A stretch of 64,000 nucleotides of DNA from a bacterium (GTDB lineage: Bacteria; Electryoneota; Electryoneia; Electryoneales; Electryoneaceae): NCBI GenBank assembly GCA_019912845.1, contig JAIOHU010000228.1, positions 1,509-65,508 of the forward strand, written 5' to 3'. Position numbers and translations under genes: made by a program. A model generated the notes under the pieces. That model worked only from the letters and a program-made list of their open reading frames with translations. It was not told the origin of the DNA and did not search any database. Shown here one piece after another: positions 1 to 10,712 of the stretch (positions are counted from its first letter, which is position 1; each line of letters begins with the position of its first letter).

Positions 1-840
1 TCAAGTTTCTCTGATGGTGAAATATCAGTCAAGATTCATGAAAATATTCGTGGTTGGGATGTGTTTCTGGTACAACCTACCCCACCACCTGCAGAAACTA
101 TTCTTGAACTGCTGATTTTACTCGATGCCTGCCGTCGTGCATCGGCTAGAAGAATTACGGCTGTTATACCTTATTTTGGGTATGCACGGCAGGATCGAAA
201 AACGGAATCACGTGTTCCCATCTCTGCAAAACTGGTGGCGAACCTGATTACTGCAGCGGGTGCAAATCGTGTACTCACAATGGATCTTCATAGTGACCAG
301 ATCCAGGGATATTTTGATATCCCATTCGATCATTTACATGCGTCACCAATTTTTGTACCGTATTTTCGTGCGAAAAGGATGCGCGACCTGGTTATCGTGT
401 CTCCAGACGTTGGCGGAATTAAATTAGCGCGAGCGTATGCAAATCGTCTCAACGCAAATCTGGCGATTATTGACAAACGACGTGTGAAGGCCAATGTTGC
501 ACAGGCAATGCATGTACTTGGTGATGTAAAAGACAAGAATGTCATTCTCGTGGATGATATGGTTGACACCGCAGGAACGCTTTGTGAAGCTGCACGTGTC
601 TTGGAACGATCCGGTGCGAAGCGTATCTGGGCGTCCGCAACTCATCCCATGTTGAGCGGAGAAGCACTTTCAAAGTTGGATGAGAGTCCAATTGAGAAAT
701 TAGTTGTATTGGATACCATACCGGAGCGTGAAGAAATGAGTGGATACTCATGGTTGGAACGGCTTCCGGTTTCTACTATTTTTGCAGAGGCGATTCGCAG
801 AATTAACAATGAAGAATCGATCAGTAGTCTTTTTGTGTGA
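1..840 (+). CDS. prs: ribose-phosphate pyrophosphokinase (PRPP synthetase), 5'-partial; continues upstream of window
   Basis: Frame 1 from nt 1 reads SSFSDGEISVKIHENIRGWDVFLVQP (classic Prs N-terminus), i.e. the provided ORF (61..840) is N-terminally truncated. Downstream motifs DLHSDQIQGYFDIPFDHL, VSPDVGGIKLARAYA and DDMVDTAGTL (PRPP-binding loop). TGA stop at 838-840, 4-nt overlap with next gene. Confidence 0.9.
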   Translation, partial: SSFSDGEISVKIHENIRGWDVFLVQPTPPPAETILELLILLDACRRASARRITAVIPYFGYARQDRKTESRVPISAKLVANLITAAGANRVLTMDLHSDQIQGYFDIPFDHLHASPIFVPYFRAKRMRDLVIVSPDVGGIKLARAYANRLNANLAIIDKRRVKANVAQAMHVLGDVKDKNVILVDDMVDTAGTLCEAARVLERSGAKRIWASATHPMLSGEALSKLDESPIEKLVVLDTIPEREEMSGYSWLERLPVSTIFAEAIRRINNEESISSLFV

Positions 841-1505
841 GGAAGATTGTGGCAGATATTTATACTTTGAATGCAACACCCCGGCGTAAAACCGAGAAAA
901 AAAGCGACACCAAAAATCTTCGAAAAGCCGAGATAGTACCTGGTGTGTTCTATATTTCCGGAAAAGAAGCTGTCTCTCTTCAGTTTGATCTGAAAGAGCT
1001 AAAAGCAATGCTGGCAGATCGTCCACCCCTGGTTCGAGTTGATTGGGGAAAAACGGAAGATGAAGGGCACGAATGCATGATTCGTGAACTTCAATGGCAT
1101 CCAGTGACTCAGGAATTGATGCATATCGATTTTATGGGAGTGACACGAGGTGTGAAGGTTCACACAACGGTTCCAATTGATATTGTGGGTACACCCGAGG
1201 GTGCAAAATCTGGTGGAATCTTACAGACAATTTTAACCGAAGTTGATATTATCTGTTTTCCTAAAGATATCCCCCGTTTCCTCGAGGTCGATGTAAGCCA
1301 CCTTGAAATTGGTGACTCAATTCACCTTAGTGATATTTCCCGTGAAGAGATTGAATGGGAATCTTCTGAAGACCGTACAGTCGTCTCAGTTGTGCCACCA
1401 ACCATTCTCAAGACCGATGAGGACGAAGAGGGTGAAGACGAGTTTGGTGAAGAAGGAGCCGAAGAATCCGCCGAGGGAGATGATTCATCTGAAGAAGGAG
1501 AATAA
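837..1505 (+). CDS. rplY: 50S ribosomal protein L25 / general stress protein Ctc, with poly-acidic C-terminal tail
   Basis: Classical prs-ctc-pth synteny. N-terminal ~180 aa has L25/Ctc-like composition (beta-barrel region PGVFYISGKE..., MHIDFMGV...). C-terminal ~45 aa are D/E-rich (EDEEGEDEFGEEGAEESAEGDDSSEEGE). Exact start (ATG 837 or GTG 849) uncertain. Confidence 0.75.
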   Translation: MRKIVADIYTLNATPRRKTEKKSDTKNLRKAEIVPGVFYISGKEAVSLQFDLKELKAMLADRPPLVRVDWGKTEDEGHECMIRELQWHPVTQELMHIDFMGVTRGVKVHTTVPIDIVGTPEGAKSGGILQTILTEVDIICFPKDIPRFLEVDVSHLEIGDSIHLSDISREEIEWESSEDRTVVSVVPPTILKTDEDEEGEDEFGEEGAEESAEGDDSSEEGE

Positions 1506-1508
1506 GCC

Positions 1509-2195
1509 ATGGCGAAGCGTCTCGTAGTTGGACTCGGTAATCCAGGTCCAGAGTACGAGAAGACATGGCACAATCTCGGTTTTCATGTGGTTCGAGAGGT
1601 TGCGAAACGTACCCGTTCTGGTCTTAAATTGTCGGGTGACGTATTATTAGCAACAGGAAAGTTTGCAGGCACTGATCTTTTTCTTGCATTGCCTCAGACT
1701 TATATGAACTTAAGCGGTGTTCCTGTTGCCAGGCTGATGAAACAACATCAGCTCCATGATGATGAAGTGCTCGTTGTTTTCGACGATCACGACCTCCCTC
1801 GCGGGCAGGTGCGGATACGTCCATCCGGGGGGGATGGAGGACATCGCGGACTACGTTCTATTCTACGAGAGTGTGGAACAGATGCGATTCCGCGTTTACG
1901 TATTGGCATTCGGGATGAAGAAGTCGACCCGGATGTCGGGGGGTATAAAGATTTGGCAGATCGGGTTTTAGACTCTATCACTGCTTGTGAAGAAAAACAC
2001 CTTCTCAGTATTTCCGAGGGTTCGGCTGAAATCGTACTCGATTGGGTTCGTAATAGTACCCGAATCACTATGAATCGACACAATAATCGCCGATTTCAGA
2101 TGCCCGTTGATGAGAGCGGAGCAGGTAAAGTTCGCGAAATTGGTAACGATGATGCTCACAGCAATACTGGAGTGTCAAAAGATAAATCACATTGA
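1509..2195 (+). CDS. pth: peptidyl-tRNA hydrolase, ~40 aa longer than typical at the C-terminus
   Basis: MAKRLVVGLGNPGPEYEKTWHNLGFHVV is the Pth signature. Conserved D (VFDDHDLP) and H residues present. Synteny after prs-ctc. Confidence 0.9.
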   Translation: MAKRLVVGLGNPGPEYEKTWHNLGFHVVREVAKRTRSGLKLSGDVLLATGKFAGTDLFLALPQTYMNLSGVPVARLMKQHQLHDDEVLVVFDDHDLPRGQVRIRPSGGDGGHRGLRSILRECGTDAIPRLRIGIRDEEVDPDVGGYKDLADRVLDSITACEEKHLLSISEGSAEIVLDWVRNSTRITMNRHNNRRFQMPVDESGAGKVREIGNDDAHSNTGVSKDKSH

Positions 2196-2345
2196 ATATT
2201 GGCAGGTTAATGCGGGAAAACCTCCTGCGACCTGCCTTTCGTTTTGTTAGCAAAAATGGGGAAAGACAACGGCGCGTTCCCCATCGCCATTCAGGGAGTG
2301 TCGAAGGTTGGGGCCTTCGGCTAAGCGAATAGAGAAGGAAATGTC

Positions 2346-4571
2346 ATGAACGGGACAGACGGACTCATGTACATTTTGCCAGTATTTGGTGTACTTGGGC
2401 TTTTGTTTGCGATGTGGAAAACCGGATGGGTACGCAAACAGGATCCAGGTAGCGAATACATGCAAGAGATCGGCGGGCATATTCAGGAAGGCGCGATGGC
2501 GTTCCTTTCAAGAGAATATCGCGTGCTGGCAATTTTTGTAGTGATTGTAGCAATCGTGCTGGGTGTTTCTAATATGTCTAGTGAAAGCAGTTCCAGTTGG
2601 ATTGCATTATCATTTGTTGTAGGTGCTTTATGTAGTGGGTTTGCAGGATATCTGGGGATGCGAGTTGCGACCCTGGCGAATATCCGAACAGCGAATGCAG
2701 CTCGAACCAGCCTGAACAATGCACTTCTCGTCGCATTCTCAGGTGGCTCAGTTATGGGTATGAATGTTGTGGGCCTTGGTGTTTTGGGGCTCAGCGGTCT
2801 ATTCTGGATTTATATTGCAACAGGAATTGGTGGCATTGACGATGCAGCATCTTTGCAGCGGACTCTACAGGTTCTATCTGGATTCTCACTGGGTGCCTCC
2901 TCTATCGCTCTCTTTGCACGTGTCGGTGGTGGAATTTACACCAAGGCAGCGGATGTCGGTGCTGACCTTGTAGGTAAAGTAGAAGCGGGTATACCAGAGG
3001 ATGATCCTCGCAACCCAGCAACCATCGCAGACAACGTTGGTGATAATGTAGGTGATGTCGCTGGTATGGGTGCTGACCTTTTCGAGAGCTTTGTTGGTTC
3101 CATTGTTGGTGCAATGGTTATTGGTGCATCATGGTGGATGTTCGCAGAAAAAACTGGTGAAGGCGCCACAATGGGTCTGGTTTACCTGCCCCTCTTCATT
3201 GCAGGTATCGGAATTCTCGTCAGTATACTTGGTACTTTCTTTGTAAAGACCAAAGAGGGCGGAAATCCTCAAACAGCTCTCAATATGGGCACATTTGGTT
3301 CTGCCATTATCATGGCGATCGTCACATTTTTCATCATTCGCTATTTCGTACCTAATAGTATCGCGATTGAGAATAGTCTTGGCGATTCGATGATAATTTC
3401 AGCGATGGGAATATTTATTGCAACGGTTGTTGGGCTTGCGGCAGGTGTTGCGATTGGTATGCTGACTGAATATTACACTGCTGAAAATCGTGGACCAGTT
3501 CATGGTATTGCTGAGCAGTCTCTCACTGGTGCAGCTACCAACATCATCTCCGGGTTAGCGGTTGGTATGGTGTCGACAGCCTGGCCACTGATTGTTCTTT
3601 CGATTGCAATTGTACTGGCGTACATGTTTGCTGGTCTTTACGGCATCGCTATCGCAGCACTCGGTATGCTCTCTACCACTGGTATACAGTTAGCAGTTGA
3701 TGCTTACGGACCGATCGCCGATAATGCTGGCGGTATCGCTGAAATGTCCGAACTGCCTCCTGAAGTTCGTGAACGTACCGATAAACTGGACGCAGTTGGA
3801 AACACCACTGCAGCGATCGGTAAAGGATTTGCGATTGGTTCTGCAGCACTTACAGCACTTGCGCTATTCAGTGCATTTACCACCGTTGTGAAAGCTAAAA
3901 TGCATATGCAGGGTATTGACACTCCATTTGTCATTGATATTCTTGACCCGCGTGTTATGGCTGGAATGTTCTTTGGTGGTATGTTACCCTTCCTCTTCTC
4001 ATCTTTTGCCATGAAAGCGGTGGGACGTGCTGCGAAAGATATGATTGAAGAAGTTCGCCGCCAGTTCAAATCAATCCCTGAATTGAAAGCAGCTCTTGCA
4101 ATCATGAAAGTCCGTGAGAAAGATGAGTGGACAGATGCTGACCACAAAGTTATTGATGCAGCTCGCGGTAAAGCCGAATATGCAAAATGTGTAGATATCT
4201 CAACCGCTGCGGCTATACGTCAGATGATCGCTCCAGGATTACTTGCAGTTCTGGTACCCCCCATTGTTGGTATCTTGTTTGGCGCAATGGTTCTTGGTGG
4301 AGTATTGGCTGGAGTAACCGTAGCTGGTGTTTTGATGGCAATCTTTATGTCCAATACTGGTGGTGCCTGGGACAATGCGAAAAAGCACATCGAAGGCGGC
4401 GCACATGGCGGTAAAGGCTCCGATGCACATAAGGCAGCGGTTGTGGGTGATACAGTTGGTGATCCATTCAAAGATACAGCAGGTCCCTCACTGAACATTC
4501 TGATCAAGCTCATGTCAGTGGTTTCATTGGTTATTGCACCTTTGCTCACACTTGGTGGATTATTATTCTAA
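2346..4571 (+). CDS. hppA: membrane-bound H+/Na+-translocating pyrophosphatase
   Basis: 741 aa, ~16 TM. Hallmark motifs [79 protein letters not shown]. Confidence 0.95.
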   Translation: MNGTDGLMYILPVFGVLGLLFAMWKTGWVRKQDPGSEYMQEIGGHIQEGAMAFLSREYRVLAIFVVIVAIVLGVSNMSSESSSSWIALSFVVGALCSGFAGYLGMRVATLANIRTANAARTSLNNALLVAFSGGSVMGMNVVGLGVLGLSGLFWIYIATGIGGIDDAASLQRTLQVLSGFSLGASSIALFARVGGGIYTKAADVGADLVGKVEAGIPEDDPRNPATIADNVGDNVGDVAGMGADLFESFVGSIVGAMVIGASWWMFAEKTGEGATMGLVYLPLFIAGIGILVSILGTFFVKTKEGGNPQTALNMGTFGSAIIMAIVTFFIIRYFVPNSIAIENSLGDSMIISAMGIFIATVVGLAAGVAIGMLTEYYTAENRGPVHGIAEQSLTGAATNIISGLAVGMVSTAWPLIVLSIAIVLAYMFAGLYGIAIAALGMLSTTGIQLAVDAYGPIADNAGGIAEMSELPPEVRERTDKLDAVGNTTAAIGKGFAIGSAALTALALFSAFTTVVKAKMHMQGIDTPFVIDILDPRVMAGMFFGGMLPFLFSSFAMKAVGRAAKDMIEEVRRQFKSIPELKAALAIMKVREKDEWTDADHKVIDAARGKAEYAKCVDISTAAAIRQMIAPGLLAVLVPPIVGILFGAMVLGGVLAGVTVAGVLMAIFMSNTGGAWDNAKKHIEGGAHGGKGSDAHKAAVVGDTVGDPFKDTAGPSLNILIKLMSVVSLVIAPLLTLGGLLF

Positions 4572-4626
4572 GACTCTCGAGTTTCTAAGAGACTGGAAAT
4601 TCATATTTTAATCAGTTACCTTTACG

Positions 4627-4662
4627 GTTCCGTTGGGTGAGACTATCCAACGGAACTTTTTT
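4627..4662 (+). terminator. rho-independent terminator after hppA
   Basis: 10-bp perfect stem gttccgttgg / ccaacggaac, 10-nt loop, followed by TTTTTT. Confidence 0.6.
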
Positions 4663-4740
4663 ACATTCACTTTGAATTCATTTTCAAATCACCTGCTTCC
4701 ATACCCACATGCACATGGAAGCCGATAGACCGGAGGTCAT

Positions 4741-5256
4741 GTGAGAAGACGCTATGAAGCGTTGGTTATCCTTGACGTCAACCTTGGCGACGAGGGAATC
4801 AACAGTACAATCGAGAAGCTCGAAAATCTCATCAACTCTTCCGAGGACGGCGAACTGATTATTACAGATCGCTGGGGCAAGAAAAGACTTGCCTACGAGA
4901 TCAAGAAAAAGCAGTATGGTTTTTACGTCCTTTTTGAATTCTTCGCTGGCTCTGTACTTCCCAACGAGTTTGAAAAAATCTGCAATTTCGATTCAAACAT
5001 CATGAGGCAAATGGTTGTTCTCATTCCAGATGTCGTAGTGAAGCTCCGTGAACAAGAGCAGAAACTTCGTGAAACCGAAGAAGCGCGACGTCAGGAAATC
5101 GCTTCATCTAAGGATGAGGTTCATGTTGATTTGTTGGAAACTGTTGAATTGGAAGAAGATATTGACGATATCGACCTGAGTTCCGAGTCTGATACAGACG
5201 ATGAAGATATCGAAGAAAAATCTAAGGAAGATGAGAAAACCAAGGAAGAGGAATAA
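4741..5256 (+). CDS. rpsF: 30S ribosomal protein S6 with long acidic C-terminal tail
   Basis: GTG start after GGAGG. RRYEALVILDVNLGDEG...DRWGKKRLAYEIKKKQYGFYVLFEF is S6. C-terminus DIDDIDLSSESDTDDEDIEEKSKEDEKTKEEE. Confidence 0.9.
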   Translation: MRRRYEALVILDVNLGDEGINSTIEKLENLINSSEDGELIITDRWGKKRLAYEIKKKQYGFYVLFEFFAGSVLPNEFEKICNFDSNIMRQMVVLIPDVVVKLREQEQKLRETEEARRQEIASSKDEVHVDLLETVELEEDIDDIDLSSESDTDDEDIEEKSKEDEKTKEEE

Positions 5257-5291
5257 CAGGGTGCTATCCCTGATATTTTAGGAGACATTCA

Positions 5292-5516
5292 ATGCTTTCG
5301 ATTAGACGAAAAATATGCAGATTTTGTGAAAACGGAATCCTGTGGATAGATTATAAGAATGATAAACTGCTCTCACGTTTTGTAACAGAGCAGGGAAAAA
5401 TTATTCCACGGCGAATAAGTGGTACATGTGCACGTCATCAGCGGATGCTGAATACCGCAATCAAACGATCACGTATTATGGCAATACTGCCGTTTGTTCA
5501 GGACAATCCCCGTTAG
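5292..5516 (+). CDS. rpsR: 30S ribosomal protein S18
   Basis: [60 protein letters not shown] is S18. Directly follows rpsF with no ssb/priB between. Confidence 0.9.
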   Translation: MLSIRRKICRFCENGILWIDYKNDKLLSRFVTEQGKIIPRRISGTCARHQRMLNTAIKRSRIMAILPFVQDNPR

Positions 5517-5623
5517 GGAAAACCAACCTTACACCAGTAATATTTATTTGGTGTTCAGGTTAAGGCAAGCGACCTCAAGCTTTAAATTATCCCGTGTATA
5601 CGGGACTGTGAAAGGAGTTTAGC

Positions 5624-6325
5624 ATGAAGGTAATCCTTCGTGAATCATACGAAACACTTGGGCGCCCCGGGGACATTGTCGATGTGAAACCAGGATTCGC
5701 CCGTAATTATCTTGTACCGCAGGGTATCGCATATCCTGCGAACAAAATGTATCAACGGCTTTTTGATCATGAACGAGATGAATTGGTTCGTCTCGACGAG
5801 AAAAAAAGGCACGATGCAGAACAGCTCGCTGGCAAAGCAACAGATGTACATGTCGAATTTATCGTTCGCCTTGGCGACCGTGGCATGATGCATGGTGCAA
5901 TTACCAACTCTGATATTGCAGAGAAATTGCTCGAGAAAGGTGTGGAAGTTGATCGCCGTAAAATTCAACTGCCAGAGCCGATCAAAACAACCGGTGAACA
6001 TGTCATTCCCGTAAAACTACATGCTGATGTCGGATTTGATGTCCATGTTACAGTTACGCCCGAAGTAGCACCAGATGAGGATGCTGAAGAAGGTGTAGAC
6101 GAAATGACAACTGAAGAATTTGATCTGGAAGAAGCCGCTATCGAAGCTGAAGCAGTGGATGCAGAGGGTTCTGAAGTGGATACAGTTGAAAATACTGATG
6201 AAAAAAAGGCTGAAAGTTCCGAATCTACTGAACAATCAACTAGTCCAGTTGAGGTTGTGGAGCTGGAAGAGATTAAACCTAAATCTGAAAAAGAAGAGAA
6301 CCAGGAAAAAGACAGCAACGAATAA
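5624..6325 (+). CDS. rplI: 50S ribosomal protein L9 with ~85-aa acidic C-terminal extension
   Basis: MKVILRESYETLGRPGDIVDVKPGFARNYLVPQGIAYPA is the L9 N-domain. Tail EDAEEGVDEMTTEEFDLEEAAIEAEAVDAEGSEVD... Confidence 0.9.
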   Translation: MKVILRESYETLGRPGDIVDVKPGFARNYLVPQGIAYPANKMYQRLFDHERDELVRLDEKKRHDAEQLAGKATDVHVEFIVRLGDRGMMHGAITNSDIAEKLLEKGVEVDRRKIQLPEPIKTTGEHVIPVKLHADVGFDVHVTVTPEVAPDEDAEEGVDEMTTEEFDLEEAAIEAEAVDAEGSEVDTVENTDEKKAESSESTEQSTSPVEVVELEEIKPKSEKEENQEKDSNE

Positions 6326-6382
6326 TTGCGTTTCTTCTTTCCATTGGAATATATTTTGATTGCAATGATGATCTAGAATTAT

Positions 6383-6412
6383 AAAACGGCAGACTCTCTG
6401 CCGTTTTATTGT
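6383..6412 (+). terminator. rho-independent terminator after rplI
   Basis: aaaacggcaga-ctc-tctgccgtttt stem-loop followed by attgttt. Confidence 0.5.
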
Positions 6413-6512
6413 TTCACTGAAGACGACTGTTTGGTTTCAGAAATATACTGAACCAATCGTAGTATCATCGAATCCTTATCACTAGAAAGATAGAAATTCC
6501 TGAGGCTGCAAG

Positions 6513-7892
6513 GTGTCAGAACTCTATATCGGCAAATATTGGAATTGGCTGAGACGGCAGATCAAAGCTGAGGATCGCGTATTACTCGCTATAAGTGGTG
6601 GAGCTGATTCAATAGCACTTTTCCATTTAGTTCAGCCATCCATGGATAGATTGTCTCAAATTGCAGTTGCTAACATCAACCACAATACGGGTCAATTTGC
6701 CGATGATGCTCAGAAATTTGTAGAAAATATCGCTAAGGAGGCTGGCGTAGACTTTCTCACGTCCGGGCTATCTATCCCACACGTGGAAATTAAGGAGCAC
6801 GGTTTTGAAGCAGCGGCGAGAATTCACCGTTACATGGCACTACGTAGTCTTAAATCGCAGGCTGGTGCATCTTTTATTGTAACCGGTCACACTCTCGATG
6901 ACCAGGCGGAATCGCTTTTGATCAGCATTATGCGAGGAGCTGGACTCAAGGGCATGGCAGGGATGAAGAGACGTTTAGAGGATATTTTACGACCTCTTCT
7001 ACGGGTTACACACAATGATCTTGTTGATTTCCTGAATCAGAACGATCTGGACTTTATGGAAGACCCAAGTAATTCTGACCTGGCGTTTACCCGCAATAAG
7101 GTTCGGAAGCTATTGAAGCCTACTATTGAGGATCACTTCGGGCAGGGTAGTTGGTGTAACCTTGCCTACTCTGCCAGCTATCTTCGAACAATTCATGATG
7201 GTCTGGAGGATTTGACCGAAAAAGCATGGCATGAAGTTGTGCATAAGAGGTTTTCCGGCTGGATTATGCTTGATAAATGCACCCTGACAGAATACTTTGA
7301 AGAGTTACAGGTTTCTCTCTTTCGCAAAGCCTGGCAAGCTGTTCAGCTTGATGATTCTAGACCTGAATATGTTCCAAGGTCTGTCTTGGAAAGTATGCTC
7401 AAAAGTTTGGAACAGGAAGCAGGACGGACTGTTCAACTGGTAAACAGAATTCAACTGAAAGTAACCGACACTCACTTGATCCTTGATGCATTTGCCGCTT
7501 TCCCTTCAATAACCTGGCAACTCCCAGGAAAAATTACCTTGCCTGATGGAAGTACAGTGGAGGCGAATAAGAGAGCACTGGATGGTATAGACGGGATCAG
7601 AAATGCCTCACATCTCGTAGAATATCTAGACAGAGACATTTGTGGGGATCAATTTACAATTCGTCCGAAGCAGGATGGAGACCGTATGATTCCACTCGGA
7701 CGATCTGGCAAAATGGTGAAGCTGACTGATCTGGTGGACAGTGAAAATCGTTACACACCACAGTGGGTGGCTGAATGTAATGGTGAAATTTGCTATTTTA
7801 TCGGTAAACGAATCGCTGATACATGTAGAGTAACCGAAAAAACTGAATGGGTATGGGCGATAGACTATACTCCCCCAGAGGAAATTCTATAA
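6513..7892 (+). CDS. tilS: tRNA(Ile)-lysidine synthetase
   Basis: PP-loop LLAISGGADSIALFHL (SGGxDS). ~460 aa with C-terminal substrate-binding domain. Sits directly upstream of ftsH, the conserved tilS-(hpt)-ftsH neighbourhood; hpt is absent here. Confidence 0.85.
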   Translation: MSELYIGKYWNWLRRQIKAEDRVLLAISGGADSIALFHLVQPSMDRLSQIAVANINHNTGQFADDAQKFVENIAKEAGVDFLTSGLSIPHVEIKEHGFEAAARIHRYMALRSLKSQAGASFIVTGHTLDDQAESLLISIMRGAGLKGMAGMKRRLEDILRPLLRVTHNDLVDFLNQNDLDFMEDPSNSDLAFTRNKVRKLLKPTIEDHFGQGSWCNLAYSASYLRTIHDGLEDLTEKAWHEVVHKRFSGWIMLDKCTLTEYFEELQVSLFRKAWQAVQLDDSRPEYVPRSVLESMLKSLEQEAGRTVQLVNRIQLKVTDTHLILDAFAAFPSITWQLPGKITLPDGSTVEANKRALDGIDGIRNASHLVEYLDRDICGDQFTIRPKQDGDRMIPLGRSGKMVKLTDLVDSENRYTPQWVAECNGEICYFIGKRIADTCRVTEKTEWVWAIDYTPPEEIL

Positions 7893-7931
7893 CATAAAAT
7901 AGTTTCATATATACAGGAGTAATTTAAAAGC

Positions 7932-10346
7932 ATGGCAAACCAAAATCCGTCAAAAAAACCCGGCGGATCTGGCTCCGATGACAAATTTGAGTGGAGAAAA
8001 GCAGCACGAACTTTAGGATTCTGGGCATTTCTCATCATCGCAGTCATTTTCATATCCTCCTACTTCGGACCTACGAACGAGGAATTGCAAGAGAAGTCGT
8101 TTTCAGAATACCGTCAACTACTTGAAGACGGCAAAATTACAAGTGCGACAATTATCGAACGTGAATTTCACGGCACTCTTCAAGATGGCACAAAGTTCAA
8201 AACCATTCTTCCATTTGTGCAACAAGAACAGGTTACAGAGTGGGAAGCACAAAAACTGAAAGTAATCTTCAAGGAAAGAGCGACAAATTGGTTTGGTTAT
8301 GTCCTTACCTCCATCCTGCCCTGGGTAGTTCTCATCTTCTTCTGGTTCTTCTTGATGAGAAGGATGCAAGGCGGTGGTACAAAAGGTATTTTCAGCTTCG
8401 GTAAGAGCCGTGCAAAGCTGATTATGGACAACCGTCCAAAGGTTACTCTCGAAGATTTTGCGGGAGGAGATGAAGCAAAGGAAGAGCTTCACGAGATTAT
8501 CGAATTCCTTAAAGACCCCAAAAAATTTGATAAACTTGGTGGACGCATTCCAAAAGGTGCGCTACTCATCGGTCCTCCAGGCACAGGTAAAACATTGCTC
8601 GGTCGTGCGATTGCAGGGGAAGCGGGTGTTCCCTTCTTCAATATGAGTGGTGCTGACTTTGTAGAAATGTTTGTCGGTGTTGGTGCCAGCCGTGTACGCG
8701 ATCTTTTTGAGCAGGGAAAAAAGAACGCCCCCTGTATCATCTTTATTGACGAGATCGATGCTGTTGGTCGTCAACGTGGTGCTGGTCTTGGTGGTGGTCA
8801 TGATGAACGTGAGCAGACCTTAAATCAACTCCTCGTTGAAATGGATGGGTTTGAAACCAACGAAGGCGTTATTCTGGTTGCTGCAACGAACCGCCCGGAT
8901 GTCCTCGACCCCGCACTTTTACGTCCCGGTCGTTTTGATCGTCAGATTGTCGTAGACCGTCCAGATGTCAAAGGAAGAGAAGGTATTTTACGTGTACACA
9001 CAAAAAATATCCCTCTCGCACCTGATGTTGATTTGAAGGTGGTGGCAAAGGGAACTCCCGGTCTGGCTGGTGCTGATATTGCCAATCTGGTAAATGAAGC
9101 GGCTCTCGAAGGCGCAAAACGAGATGCTGATAAAGTCTACATGATTGACTTCGAGAATGCGAAAGACAAGATCATGATGGGCTCAGAACGGCGCAGTATG
9201 CTCATTAGTGACGAGGAGAAAAAACTCACCGCTTACCACGAAGCAGGTCATGTTTTGGTTGCCTTGAAACTTCCAGGCAGTGACCCTGTCCACAAGGTTA
9301 CCATCATCCCACGCGGACGTGCACTCGGTGTAACCCATTATCTACCGATTGATGAAAAACATTCCTGGTCGAAAAAATATATCGAAAACAAGCTTGTTCA
9401 CCTCGCCGGTGGACGTGCTGCCGAACGTATCATCTTTGATGATTATACGAATGGTGCTGCTCAAGACATCAAACAGGCATCTGAAATCGCTCGCAAGATG
9501 GTTTGTGACTGGGGAATGAGTGAGAAAATTGGTCCGATCTCACTTGGTAAGAAAGATGAGGAAGTTTTCCTGGGACGTGAGATATCTACTCATCGTGATT
9601 TTTCTGATGCAACCGCCCAGGAGATAGACCGTGAGATTAAGCGAATTATCCAGAGTGCACAGAATACCGCTTTGCAGATTCTCCAGGATAACATGGATCA
9701 GCTTCATCTACTCGCCCAAACTTTACTCGAACGCGAGATTCTCGATGGTGCCGAGATAAATACATTGATGCAGGGTAAGAAATTATCACCAGTATCAAAA
9801 AGTAATGGGACTCACACCAAAACTGAATCACATGGTCGGAAGTCAGGTCGAGATACATCCACCCGATTGAAAGAAGTTGATGAGGTACTGAAAAAGGTTG
9901 AAGACAAAGAAGCACCTTCAACCAAAAATGCAACTGAAAGCACCACCTCTTCTTCTGCCTCATCAAAGGATGATTCACGAGGTGAACGTCGTCCACAGCG
10001 TCGGAAACGTTACTATAAAACAACACCACGTCAAAGTTCAAAACCTGACAGTGAGAAGGATGATAAGTCTACATCCACGTCACGTGATTCTACCGATCGG
10101 CAAACAAACTCATCCAGTCGAACATCGGAAAACCGTGGGGATAAGGCTACTCCAAGGCGTGATTCACGAGGTAGATTTCAGGCTCGATCTAAATCATCTG
10201 ACAGCTCTACTTCCAGTACTGAGGAGAGTAAATCTTCCGCTGGTGCCCCACACCGTCCGAGGAGACGCTACACAAACCGTCCACGTCCATCGCAGCAACA
10301 ACAAGGCGATCAGAAAAAGGACAGCAGCGAGTCGAAGAGTGAATAA
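7932..10346 (+). CDS. ftsH: ATP-dependent zinc metalloprotease FtsH with ~180-aa low-complexity C-terminal tail
   Basis: TM segment. Walker [47 protein letters not shown]. Zn site HEAGHVLVA. Residues ~620-804 are S/T/R/K/D-rich (…[48 protein letters not shown]…). Confidence 0.95.
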   Translation: MANQNPSKKPGGSGSDDKFEWRKAARTLGFWAFLIIAVIFISSYFGPTNEELQEKSFSEYRQLLEDGKITSATIIEREFHGTLQDGTKFKTILPFVQQEQVTEWEAQKLKVIFKERATNWFGYVLTSILPWVVLIFFWFFLMRRMQGGGTKGIFSFGKSRAKLIMDNRPKVTLEDFAGGDEAKEELHEIIEFLKDPKKFDKLGGRIPKGALLIGPPGTGKTLLGRAIAGEAGVPFFNMSGADFVEMFVGVGASRVRDLFEQGKKNAPCIIFIDEIDAVGRQRGAGLGGGHDEREQTLNQLLVEMDGFETNEGVILVAATNRPDVLDPALLRPGRFDRQIVVDRPDVKGREGILRVHTKNIPLAPDVDLKVVAKGTPGLAGADIANLVNEAALEGAKRDADKVYMIDFENAKDKIMMGSERRSMLISDEEKKLTAYHEAGHVLVALKLPGSDPVHKVTIIPRGRALGVTHYLPIDEKHSWSKKYIENKLVHLAGGRAAERIIFDDYTNGAAQDIKQASEIARKMVCDWGMSEKIGPISLGKKDEEVFLGREISTHRDFSDATAQEIDREIKRIIQSAQNTALQILQDNMDQLHLLAQTLLEREILDGAEINTLMQGKKLSPVSKSNGTHTKTESHGRKSGRDTSTRLKEVDEVLKKVEDKEAPSTKNATESTTSSSASSKDDSRGERRPQRRKRYYKTTPRQSSKPDSEKDDKSTSTSRDSTDRQTNSSSRTSENRGDKATPRRDSRGRFQARSKSSDSSTSSTEESKSSAGAPHRPRRRYTNRPRPSQQQQGDQKKDSSESKSE

Positions 10347-10382
10347 TTCCTCAGTGCCTTCTTAGTGTTATGATATCTTCTG

Positions 10383-10407
10383 CCCGACGCTTTTCGTCGG
10401 GTTTTTT
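10383..10407 (+). terminator. rho-independent terminator after ftsH
   Basis: cccgacg-ctttt-cgtcggg followed by TTTTTT. Confidence 0.6.
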
Positions 10408-10566
10408 GTATCTCTTGATTGTATTCTCGATCACCTTTGTTATCCCGCTGATGAGATAGGCAGAAATTATGTAAAATATTGATATTATTGACGTTGGAGT
10501 CGTGGACATAGTTTCGCCTCTTCAGGGCTGGGTTTCGTTTGGCTGAATTCCTATACCCAGTTCCTC

Positions 10567-10616
10567 TTCGTTCCACTGGGGGCTACCCAAGCAAAACCGC
10601 GCTGCGGTTGAATGAG
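10567..10616. repeat. hairpin repeat family R3 (…ttcgttccac.gggggctacccaa…caaccgcGCTgcggttga…), copy 1; a second hairpin-only copy (tcaccacgctgaggtgga) lies at ~10653-10672
   Basis: Same element recurs at 22031-22080, 22148-22198 and 34213-34263. Perfect IR caaccgc/gcggttg. Confidence 0.7.
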
Positions 10617-10712
10617 TTGAATCTTTCCCAATTATTAACCCTGGAAACTTCGTAAATGTCACCACGCTGAGGTGGATTCTGTTTGAGTGTGCGCTTCGCG
10701 GGGATGACGAGT

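Noticed and set aside
330-4147. Numerous 60-150-aa antisense or overlapping ORFs in the track (e.g. 330..569-, 2936..3169-, 3704..4147-, 15408..15947+, 25663..26376+, 39187..40296+, 57447..58121+)
   Set aside because: Each lies entirely within, and opposite to, a long ORF with unambiguous family motifs. They have low-complexity or Arg/Ser/Pro-rich translations typical of antisense frames.
10567-10672. Integron attC sites (imperfect hairpin cassettes)
   Set aside because: No intI integrase and no GTTRRRY/RYYYAAC core sites. The hairpins are intergenic singletons rather than cassette boundaries.
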